A DNA stretch of 60,434 nt, filler included. It is 8 parts of 8 records of this genome, joined end to end, with 100 filler letters (N's around TTAATTAATTAA, not from the genome) between each part and the next. Parts side by side here need not be neighbours in the genome. Positions count along the whole stretch, not along the records: positions 28,663 to 34,243 come from SRR31147125_29788; positions 34,344 to 43,933 come from SRR31147125_29806; 6 more parts are not named here. The stretch is one strand, 5' to 3'. Positions 32,342 through 41,527 of the stretch are shown piece by piece (positions within the stretch are counted from its first letter, which is position 1; each line of letters starts with the position of its first letter). The translations under genes were made by a program, and so were the position numbers. The notes beneath the pieces are model-generated. The model searched no databases, was not told the DNA's origin, and worked only from the letters and a program-made list of their open reading frames with translations.

Positions 32342-33646
32342 TCAAGGAAATGGTGTCCAGTGCATCGCACAACCGATGACAGCCAAGACAAAATCGCTGC
32401 CCCGCCCTGTTGCCCAGGGAATGAATTTCCCGGGTTGGCCTGTCGGAAACCTCCCAATGAACAGCGTTGCCCCGGATCGGGGATTGTACCACCAGGCATC
32501 AGCCTCCGGTCCTTCGACGGTAGACAGGTTGATCTCCATCGTCCTGCCTTTGGGAGTGTAGGCAAGCACCAGGCTGCAGTCATCGGTGGATGCACAGACG
32601 ACGTATCCATCATCTTCAGGATTGCTGTTCAGAATCAGGTCCTGATTCTGCCGAAGATCCTGCCATGGCAGCTTCTCCAGGAAGGCCTTCATCATTCCTG
32701 TCTGTTTCGCTCCGGGAAGATCCAGCGCCTCCTTCCAGCCAGTTCGCGCCTGGATGATCGGTTCTCTCCCCGGTTCGTACATCTGCCAGACATCATTGCA
32801 GCCATAGGTATATCCGGCTGCGCCAGCCAGGATAGACCACCAGGCCGAGACCCTGACATCCCAATCATCCAGCCAATGCTCATCTTTCTTATCCCAGAAC
32901 ACATTGCCGATATTCTCGTATCTGGCTTCCCCGTTGATGATCGGCCTGGTGCGGCTCTTCTTCTGATCATGCTGAAGATATCGATACTCCTGTTCACTGC
33001 AGTCGTGTCCGCTCTGGTACATGTCCAGATCCATCCAGGATTCATCGAAATGATCGCTGGCCAGATTTGTGTTCAGTGGGTGATAGGTCATCAGATGGTC
33101 CGGAGCCGTCTCTCTGATTCCAAGTGCCATTCTCTGGAATATCTTCTTCTGAACGTCGGTCTCTGGTATCCTGTCTCCTCCGAGAATCCAGACGATATTC
33201 GGTCGATTCCGATAGCGTTCTCCAAGGATGCGGCCGTAGGTCCACGCATTCTCAGGAGTGAAAATCAACGGTCCTTTCCCCCACAGAAGGCTGATTTTGT
33301 CGCCCCAAGTCGGCAGGAGTCCGACGATGAGCTCCCTTTTTTCCGCCTCGTCCAGGACAAAATCGACATGCTTGAAATAGCACTCGTTGATCCGGCATGG
33401 ATCGTCATCAATAAGGGGCGTGTGGCCGTAGGCATTGCCTTCATGAATACCATCGAGTTCACCGAGTATGACCGTCTGGATGACATTGAAGCCCTTGGCA
33501 AGTCGGTTATCCAGATAAAAACTGATATCCTCCCTTGTCAGGCGGTGGATAAGTTCCCAGGCCGTATCACCTGTCCAGAGAAAAGGTCGACCCTCCGAAG
33601 TTGTCAGGTATCGACCATTTTCGGAAATTCTGATGCCTTTGTTCAT
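32342..33646 (-). CDS. DUF4038 / GH140 (apiosidase-like) glycoside hydrolase with C-terminal putative collagen-binding domain
   Basis: GRPFLWTGDTAWEL, GFNVIQ, NIVWILGGD, YQSGH, NGEARYE, GYTYG, WWYNPRSG. Confidence 0.85.
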   Translation of the reverse strand: MNKGIRISENGRYLTTSEGRPFLWTGDTAWELIHRLTREDISFYLDNRLAKGFNVIQTVILGELDGIHEGNAYGHTPLIDDDPCRINECYFKHVDFVLDEAEKRELIVGLLPTWGDKISLLWGKGPLIFTPENAWTYGRILGERYRNRPNIVWILGGDRIPETDVQKKIFQRMALGIRETAPDHLMTYHPLNTNLASDHFDESWMDLDMYQSGHDCSEQEYRYLQHDQKKSRTRPIINGEARYENIGNVFWDKKDEHWLDDWDVRVSAWWSILAGAAGYTYGCNDVWQMYEPGREPIIQARTGWKEALDLPGAKQTGMMKAFLEKLPWQDLRQNQDLILNSNPEDDGYVVCASTDDCSLVLAYTPKGRTMEINLSTVEGPEADAWWYNPRSGATLFIGRFPTGQPGKFIPWATGRGSDFVLAVIGCAMHWTPFP

Positions 33647-33744
33647 GTCGCTACTTCCTTTTGATGCTCCGGCATGGCTTCTTTCTTTATTCTTTGACAT
33701 TCTCGTATTTCGCTTTTTTTATGATATGTATAATAAAACCGAAT

Positions 33745-34243
33745 ATGAACCATCGAACCAGTCCGACGATAGGTGTTTTCACCGCCGAACTCAACGATTT
33801 CTACCAGGCATTGGTTTGGAAGGGCATTTCTGCCCGTGCGGAATCCGAAGGCCTCGGCCTTATCTGTTTTCTGGGTTCCCGATTGGATTCTCCGATTACC
33901 CCCGAGAAGAGTGAAAATCATGTCTATGACCTGGCAGGTGAGCGGAACATCGACGGTCTGATTGTCGTGACGTCGGCAATTTCCACGTATCAGGAAATTG
34001 ATTCACTGTGTCGATTCTTCGAATCCCGCCCCCCTTTACCCATGGTTTCCATCGGTTTGAAGATTCCGGGAGTCCCTAATATCATGGCTGAAGGCCGGGC
34101 TGCCTTCGCATCTCTGCTTCGTCATATGATAGAAGATCACCATTGCCGGAGGTTCGCACTTATCACCGGACCGACCAGCCATGCAGAGTCCAGCCAGCGG
34201 GAAGCGGTCTTTTACCAGACCCTGTGCGACGCGGGACTCGAAT
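33745..34243 (+). CDS. LacI-type sugar-binding-domain protein (no HTH), partial
   Basis: TIGVF...YQALVWKGI...IDGLIV...HMIEDHHCRRFALITGP...ESSQR. Confidence 0.75.
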
Positions 34244-34343
34244 NNNNNNNNNNNNNNNNNNNNNNNNNNNNNNNNNNNNNNNNNNNNTTAATTAATTAAN
34301 NNNNNNNNNNNNNNNNNNNNNNNNNNNNNNNNNNNNNNNNNNN
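34244..34343. other. Artificial contig linker
   Basis: 44 N + TTAATTAATTAA + 44 N. Confidence 0.99.
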
Positions 34344-34675
34344 GAATGCTCTCGGAAGAGGGTTTTTCTACAGGCTCGTTAGCTGTGAAGAATATGGGAA
34401 CATTCATATGTTCTGATTGCCTGTTCCCCCTTACAGGGCGCAAACACCAAATCAGACGTCATGCCAAGCTTGCAGGCCATCCCGTTCTGGGGGATCACAG
34501 GTACAGTTTAAAACTGGCCGTGGAGTTTATCAGGACCCGTCATACCTTTTCCCGTCAGGCCCTTCATTCCCTTTCTCTGGAACCGGAACTTCCCGGCACA
34601 CATCAGACCAGACGCTTTGAATCCGCCATCCCTTCCGAATTCCTGCGCATTATGGAAGACGATAAAGTTGCATAA
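34344..34675 (+). CDS. RluA-family pseudouridine synthase, C-terminal fragment
   Basis: TGRKHQIRRH...GHPVLGDHRY...RQALHSLSL. Confidence 0.8.
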
Positions 34676-34788
34676 AGTATCTTGGGGGGAACCAGGACGG
34701 GTCGTCCCCTTTGAGACGGGCTGTTTCTTTAACAATGGGAAGGCGTTACGGGGAGAATTCTGCGGTCTGAAAATGTCCCACCTACCCG

Positions 34789-34959
34789 TTGGAGTTCGGG
34801 GGATAGTGTTTTCGGGTCAGGCGTGCAAAGTTGCAAACTTTTAAAGGCGAAATCCCAGGGAGGCAGTGTTGAAAGATTGGAACTTGAAAACGGCTAAGTA
34901 GACGTAGTTGATCTGTTGACCTGGAAGCCCCGGCAACACGCAGCTCATCCAAACTCCAA
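34789..34959 (+). ncRNA. Candidate rod-shaped ncRNA (6S-like architecture)
   Basis: Nested complementary blocks TTGGAGTT/AACTCCAA, GTGTT/AACAC, GGTCAG/TTGACC, TTTTAAAG/CTTGAAAA, followed by a terminator. Confidence 0.35.
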
Positions 34960-34962
34960 AAC

Positions 34963-34990
34963 AAAAACCCGACCTCGTGCCGGGTTTTTT
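34963..34990. terminator. Bidirectional-type rho-independent terminator
   Basis: AAAAACCCG-ACCTCGTGC-CGGGTTTTTT. Confidence 0.7.
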
Positions 34991-35156
34991 AATTAAAAAG
35001 TATGATGTTCGGCATAGAGGTTGCTCATCAGTTAGGGGATTCAAATGAAGGAGGTTGCAATAGGATGGCAAGGGTAGCCAGATTGCAACTTGTGCTTTTC
35101 TCGCTGCCGGTGGTAGCAGTTCGGGCATTTCTTGGCATCAAAAAAGTGACATTAGC

Positions 35157-36344
35157 ATGGATAAGGCAGAGTTTATAAGCCGGTTTTTCATTGACAAATC
35201 ATTGGCAGAAAATATCGGTTTCAATCCTTATTTTCAAAATATCGAAAGCGGAATGAGCGGGCGAATTCAAGTTCAGGGAAAGAGCCTGATAAATCTTGGA
35301 ACGAACGATTACCTTGGCCTTTCAAACAAGCCGGAAATCAAGAAAGTTGCTTTGAAAGCCATGGATGAATTCGGCGTGAGTATGTGCGGGACGCCAATTG
35401 TCATTGGCCAGAGCACTCTTAACCGCAAGCTGGAAAATAAGTTAGCTAGTTTTTTTAAACAGGAGGATGCGCTTGTATATCCCTCCTGTTACCAGTGCAA
35501 CACCGGCATTTTTAATACCCTGACGAATGAAGAAGATATCATCATCTTTGATAAGGATATTCATTCCTCGCTTATGAATGGAATTGCCCTGACCAAATCC
35601 AAATGGCGGACATTCCCGCATAACGATCTGGGCAGGCTGGAAGACATTTTAAAGAAAACGCAGGGTCACCGCATGCGTTTCATTGTTTTTGAAGGGCTTT
35701 ACAGCACTGGAGGCGATTATCCCGATCTGGCGCAGATTATACAACTGGCAAAAAAATATGACGCTTTCACCATTATAGACGATTCGCATGGCGTTGGTAT
35801 TCTCGGGCAGACGGGTCGAGGGGTAGTGGAAGTGTATAATGAATTTGAAGGCATAGACCTTATTACTTTCTCGCTGGGTAAAGCTATCGGCACCTTTGGC
35901 GGCGCTATGGCAGGAAGTGAAAAGATTGTCGATTACTTTCGTTATTCCTCGCCGATGTATTTTTACTCGACTGCATTGCCGCCAGGAATTGCTGCCGCTA
36001 CCATTGAATCTCTTGGCTATATCAATCAGGCGAATGAGGAGAGAGAGCGCATAAAGGGGTTTGCCGGGAAAGCCTATGCAGCCCTTAAATCGATGGGCTA
36101 TACGCTCTCGGTCAGCGATACTCCGCTTTTTTCAGTGATTTCAAAGACTTCGGAAGAGACTTTCCTGCTCACCAAAAAACTGTTCGAAAAGGGTGTATAC
36201 ACCGTCCCATTCATACCGCCAAGCGTTCCGAAAAACTCCCCGCGTATCCGGTTGACGTTTAACGCTTATTTGTCAGAAATTGAGATTGATCAGGCTATAT
36301 CAGTATTTGAGGAAATTAAGAAGGAATGCCCAAATATTATTTAG
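35157..36344 (+). CDS. PLP-dependent alpha-oxoamine synthase (serine palmitoyltransferase/BioF/KBL family)
   Basis: NPYFQNIES, NLGTNDYLGLS, HSSL, FPHND, DDSHGVG, SLGKAIG (PLP Lys), PPSVPKNSPRIR. Confidence 0.9.
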   Translation: MDKAEFISRFFIDKSLAENIGFNPYFQNIESGMSGRIQVQGKSLINLGTNDYLGLSNKPEIKKVALKAMDEFGVSMCGTPIVIGQSTLNRKLENKLASFFKQEDALVYPSCYQCNTGIFNTLTNEEDIIIFDKDIHSSLMNGIALTKSKWRTFPHNDLGRLEDILKKTQGHRMRFIVFEGLYSTGGDYPDLAQIIQLAKKYDAFTIIDDSHGVGILGQTGRGVVEVYNEFEGIDLITFSLGKAIGTFGGAMAGSEKIVDYFRYSSPMYFYSTALPPGIAAATIESLGYINQANEERERIKGFAGKAYAALKSMGYTLSVSDTPLFSVISKTSEETFLLTKKLFEKGVYTVPFIPPSVPKNSPRIRLTFNAYLSEIEIDQAISVFEEIKKECPNII

Positions 36345-37246
36345 TTATGAACCCGACCTGTTGTAGCGGGAGAAGCCGCAGGCATTTCGATTCAATCATC
36401 TCCTCTTTTCGGCAGGCTGGTGAAGCCGAATGCCATTACACTACCGGTTATGAGGATGCCACACGTGTGGCTTGTCAGGCTATCAGGCAGGGCTTTGATA
36501 TCATAGTGGCCGTTGGCGGCGACGGCACTATTAATGAAGTTCTCAATGGCTTTTTTCTGGAAGCGGATTTGAGCTCGAAGGCGAAGCTCGGTGTTGTTCA
36601 TGTTGGCACCAGCCCCGATTTTAACCGCTATCACAAAATCCCCACAGATATTGGGGCAGCAATTGAGGTCATCAAAGAGGGGAAAACCAAAAGGATTGAT
36701 CTCGGAAAAATCGCTTTTAGCGATTTGCACGGACAAGAGGTTACCCGTTATTTTGCCAGTAACGCCAATATCGGCCTTGGTCCTATAGTTGCCGACAAGG
36801 CCAATTCCCGGCACCGTAAATATCTTGGTGATATTCTGGGGACGCTTGTCGCCACTCTTGGCTCTCTGGTTCAATTCCGCCCTGTCACTCTATCGGCAAA
36901 TATCGATGGCCATACTGCTATTCTCAAGGAAATGGTAAATGTCACCATCGGCAAAGACCCATACATAGCGTCGGGCATGCGGGTATTTCACCATATCGCA
37001 CCGGACGACGGGAAATTGTATCTGCTGTCTGTACAGCATAAAGGGCTACTCCCCATGTTAATGCACATCCCGCATCTCTACATTGGCGACTTCCTGAAAT
37101 TTGAAGGAGCTAGCGTCCGATATATCAAAAAGATTAAAGTTGAAAGCCATGAACAGTTGCAGGTCGAGTTTGATGGCGATGTCAAGGGGCATCTCCCTGC
37201 CACAATAGAAATAACCCCAAAAGCAATAGATGTGATTGTACCTTGA
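36326..37246 (+). CDS. Diacylglycerol/sphingosine kinase family protein (YegS/DAGK_cat)
   Basis: NP, VAVGGDGTINEVLNG, DLG, PDDG, EFDGD; overlaps both neighbours. Confidence 0.9.
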   Translation: MPKYYLVMNPTCCSGRSRRHFDSIISSFRQAGEAECHYTTGYEDATRVACQAIRQGFDIIVAVGGDGTINEVLNGFFLEADLSSKAKLGVVHVGTSPDFNRYHKIPTDIGAAIEVIKEGKTKRIDLGKIAFSDLHGQEVTRYFASNANIGLGPIVADKANSRHRKYLGDILGTLVATLGSLVQFRPVTLSANIDGHTAILKEMVNVTIGKDPYIASGMRVFHHIAPDDGKLYLLSVQHKGLLPMLMHIPHLYIGDFLKFEGASVRYIKKIKVESHEQLQVEFDGDVKGHLPATIEITPKAIDVIVP

Positions 37247-40200
37247 AAATATTAGTTACAGGCGCAAGCGGTTTTTTAGGCTCGCATATCGTGGGCAAGC
37301 TTCTCGAAGACGGTCACAAGCTCAGATCCCTTGTACGCCGGGATAGCGATTTGAGCTTTTTGCCCCTTGAAAAAGTTGAAATCATACAGGGAGATTTGAT
37401 CGAACCGGGTAACCTTAACGAAGCCATAAAGGGCTGTGATCTTGTTGTCCACTCCGCTGCCAGAGTTTCCGACTGGGGAGATTATCAGAGCTTCTACAGC
37501 GCAAATGTTATCGGCACCCGCAACCTGCTAAATGTCGCAAAACGAAGCGGGATCAAGCGCGTTATTTTGATAAGCAGTAATGCGGTGTTAGGTGAGGAAA
37601 ATTGTACTAGGTCAAAAAAGGAAAGCGATCCTTATAACCCCACAATGCCCTATCTTTCCCGCTTTTTTAAGTGCCCGATGAATTTTTACCGGGAAACCAA
37701 GGCGCAGCAGGAAAAGGAAAGCATCACTTTTTGCGAAGAAAACAATATTTATCTGACTGTTCTGCGTCCGGTTTGGGTCTACGGCGAAAGGGAGTTTCAT
37801 TCCGGGCCATATGAATTCTGCCGGACGGTTCTGAGTGGCATGCCGGTTTTGCCGATGGGAAACGGCAACCGTCTGCACTGCGTCAATGTGAAAGACGTTG
37901 CAAGGGCAGTCAGCCTTGCCATTGAGAAAGAGTTGGATGGCGTACGGATTTATAATATCGGCAATGAGGAAGCCGCCAAAACCAGAGATTATTTCAACCT
38001 CTTTTGCCGCAGTCTTGGAGTTAAGCCGCCGCTATATCTTCCTTTCTGGTGTTTTTATCCACTCGGTTTTCTTCTGGAAGTTCTGGCGAGATTGTTTAAT
38101 TCGTCAAAGCCTTTTCTCCTGACTCGCGCAAGGGTGAATTTTTTTACTGCAACAATATTTACGATATTGGCAGAGCCAGAGAAGAACTTGACTTTACCGC
38201 CCAGATATCACTTGAAGAGGGCATAGAGGAGGCTGTGGCATGGTGGCGGGATAACGGGTTTTTTGACAGGAAACGCAAACAAAAAAATATCAAAGGCATA
38301 TCCCGCATCATTCTCGATGCGCGAATAGCGACCGCAGTTCTGACACACTATCTGAAACAGGTATTCAAGCGGGAAGTAACTCTGGGGCAGTACCTTCAGT
38401 TCATAAAAAGGCTGCTTGTTTTTTCTCGCTTTTTGAAAAACTACAAGGCGGTTAAAATCAACGGCGGTTATAAGCTGCATCTCTATTTACCGGCCTTTGG
38501 CACCAAAGCTTTTTATACGGCGCTTGATAAATTCGTGAGCGGAAAAACGGTGCCTCTCATGTCGTTTATTCCATTACCAAAGTCTGCCCTTGCCATTGCG
38601 AGCATTGCTACCAGAAACTGGATGTGAACAAGAGCATGCCAAAGGAATTGATGCTGGAGACAGCAAAGAAAATTCAGGATGCCGGAGTCTCACTGTTTGA
38701 TATTGAAGGAGGTGAGCCTTTCGCCCGTTATGAGCGACTGCTGGCAGTTGTTGAGGCACTGGATGAACGCAGCGAAATTTGGATAAACGCGACCGGACAT
38801 CTGGCGAGTTTCGAACAACTCGTGGAGCTGAAGCAGGCAGGATTGTATGGTTTGATGGTCTCCATCCATCACCCGGAAGCTGAAAAACACGATACATTTT
38901 TGGGTAGAAAAGGTTCTTTTCCGACGGCAATTAAGCTGATCCGGATGTGCCGCAGAATTGGTCTGTCCACCGTCATCAATTGCTGCCCGTCAAAGGAAAT
39001 GATCGAGGACGGCGGTTTGCAAAGTATAATGGAAATTGCGGACGGGCTTGGATGTTCTTATGTCCAGTTCATTCACGAAAAGCCATCGGGAAATTGGGCT
39101 CATCGCGGTTCAAGTATGATGGAACCGGAATTTCTCGAAAATCAGATAAAACAACACATCCGGTACAACAAGGCGGCCCGATACCCGCCCGTTTTATTTC
39201 AGATTTTCGAGGCAAGTTCTCTTGGATGTACTGCCGGAGGCGTTGAGCGGTTCTACGTGAATGCCGATGGTGAAGTGCAACCTTGCGAATTTCTCAATAT
39301 ATCTTTCGGCAATGTCCGTGATGAGAACTTTGAAGTTATCTATGAAAGGATGCGCAAGTTTTTTCCGGCAGCAACTCAGGACTGGCTTTGCAATACGGAG
39401 AATAGTCTCATTCAGGAATTTATCAAAGAGCGTGGCATTACACGCTTTCCCATTGAAAGAGATCTGACGATTGAACTCGTTAAAAAATTCCAGTCCAAAA
39501 AAGATGTTCCCTTTTTCAAGGATCTGAACTTGAGCCATAGCGTCCAAAGCATAGCATGGGCTTATATTAAATCCATGAGGCCCTACCTTTTCTTTCTTTC
39601 CGGTATGGCCGGATGGACAGGGATTGTTTATGCCGGGGGCGAAACGTCTCTGTTAAAAACCGTGCTTATCCTGGCCGTCGTTTTTCTGGGATGGGGGTTC
39701 AATCAGGTTGTTAATGACATCCTCGGGTTGAAAGAGGACCGGGTGAACGCTCCGCACCGCCCACTGGTAAGTGGTGAATTGCCGTTGAACTGGGCAATAG
39801 CCATTACGGCAATTCTCTTTTCAGCAGGGCTTGCGGTAACAAGCTATCTCAATCCTTATGCGGTTATGATCTATCTGGCAGTTTTTGTACTGAATATTTT
39901 TTACGAGTGCATGAAGGGGATCCCGCTTGCCGGAAACGCGGTATTTGCGCTGTTCATGCCGCTCTGCCTTTATTATGGGGCTATGAGCGCAACTGATGCG
40001 GGGCCGGAAATTCTGGCCGATAGTAGTTTATGGCCGGTTGCCACCGCGTTCTTTTTGGTCAGTTTTGTAATGTGCTTTTTACGTACTACAAAGATTATGA
40101 AGGTGACAAGCTTGCGGGTAAAAAAACCCTTGTGGTCCTTCTTTCGCCGGAAAAAGCACGATTTCTTAATTTTCCTTTCAGCCTGCTGCCCTTCTTCCTG

Positions 40201-40470
40201 CTGTTCGTTCTCCCGTTTGAAGCAAATCTGTACTTTACGGTTTCCATGCTTTTGAATTTCATGATGTTTCAATATACGGCTTGGCTGTTTTTCAAAGATA
40301 GGGCAGGCGAGAAGACTTATTATAATCTGAAATGGAATTTCAGCGCCGCCGTATTGTTCGAGGTTTCCTTTATAATGCTGGCGGATCCACAACTGGGGGT
40401 AATGCTATATGGTTTAGGTTTTTTTGGCGTATTGGCTCTTTTCCATCTGCACAAAGATCATTTAAGCTGA
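37243..40470 (+). CDS. Predicted three-domain fusion: extended SDR (NAD-dependent epimerase/dehydrogenase) + radical SAM/SPASM + UbiA prenyltransferase; three homopolymer indels (~38140, ~38545, ~40078)
   Basis: TGASGFLG and YRETK (SDR); CPCHCEHC = CxxxCxxC at 38585-38608, EGGEP and GCTAG...DGEVQPCEF (radical SAM); NDILGLKED..N..HRPL and YKDYEGD (UbiA). The radical SAM-UbiA junction is in frame with no repair. Confidence 0.75.
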
Positions 40471-40494
40471 CATTTGAAGACAGGAGAAAATACT

Positions 40495-40889
40495 ATGAGC
40501 AAATTTATCAAACCTCTTTTTCTGGTAGGCGGGCTGTACGACTTTTTAATAGGTCTGGCTTTTCTGATCATTCCGTACACTATTTTCGAATTTATCGATG
40601 TCGCCCTTCCCAGCCATATCGGCTATGTTCAGTTTTCGGCGGCATTTCTAATGATTTTCGGCCTGATGCTTTTTAGCATAGCCCGTGACCCGTTAGCCAA
40701 TAAAAACCTCATTTCCTACGCTGCCATGATAAAGATCGCTTACTGTGCGATCGTCGGCGGGCATTACGTGATCGGCAACATGCCGCTTCCTTGGGTTTTT
40801 TTGGTATTGCCGATTTCTTGTTCCTGCTGGCTTTTGTCTGGGCGTATAGGGAAATAGGAAAGAACGTAGAGGCACATGGTCAGGCTTGA
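40495..40889 (+). CDS. Small four-helix membrane protein, poly-T indel near 40800
   Basis: AGGAG RBS; four hydrophobic segments; repaired C-terminus WVFFGIADFLFLLAFVWAYREI. Confidence 0.7.
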
Positions 40890-41221
40890 ATGATTGCCGG
40901 ATGACAAAAAACAGAATAGAAGTATTGCCTGTGGAAAAAGAAGGACTGTTCCCAGGTGTGAGGAAAATTCATAATTCGGAAGAAGTCGGGTATGAAAAGA
41001 TGCCGACATTAGTCTCAATCTTTACGCAGCACCAGTTTCCTCCTATATGGTTTCACTGAATCTCAACCAGTCCCTCTAAATGAAAATGGGTGGCCCCTAT
41101 TTGACCGACCCAGATTCTATGCTTGCGACGGTCAAAAAAAAGTTCCCGGCGCCAACGAGTGGTATATGATGGTTAACTGGTGGGTACGCATCTTAATCTT
41201 AAGCGATAAGGAGCAAAAGTT

Positions 41222-41317
41222 ATGAGCAAAGGCCAGGACACCAAAAAATCAGATAAAAAAGAACCGGCAAAAACCATGAAAGAAAAAAGGGCTGCAAAAA
41301 AGGAAAAAAAAAGCTGA
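41222..41317 (+). CDS. Small lysine-rich protein (31 aa)
   Basis: AAGGAG RBS 8 nt upstream; MSKGQDTKKSDKKEPAKTMKEKRAAKKEKKS. Confidence 0.6.
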   Translation: MSKGQDTKKSDKKEPAKTMKEKRAAKKEKKS

Positions 41318-41527
41318 AAAGAAGTAAAAAATTAGAGGGCAGTTTTGGGGATAGTACCTAGATTTTTCTCTTCAGTGGAAAGAGCTGGAGATAGGTATGC
41401 TTGCCCCTGTACCCCCCGAAGATCGAATCCCTATTGGTCATGCCTGCGCCCTGATCTCGCCTGCAGGATGTGCTCTGTGCTAAGATCATTCCCCACTTAA
41501 AAAATAACGGATAAGGACTGACCTGGA

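Noticed and set aside
32198-33664. 488-aa plus-strand ORF
   Set aside because: It is the antisense shadow of the GH140-like gene and has no recognisable motifs.
34825-34870. c-di-GMP-I riboswitch (GCAAAC...GAAA)
   Set aside because: There is no complementary stem around GAAA and no downstream GCAAAG element in the required order.
34789-34959. Retron msr-msd
   Set aside because: Terminal inverted repeats are present, but there is no reverse transcriptase on this contig.
35157-36344. Labelling the PLP enzyme bioF
   Set aside because: No biotin genes are nearby, and the lipid kinase/SDR context and N-terminus favour an SPT-like role; no symbol was assigned.
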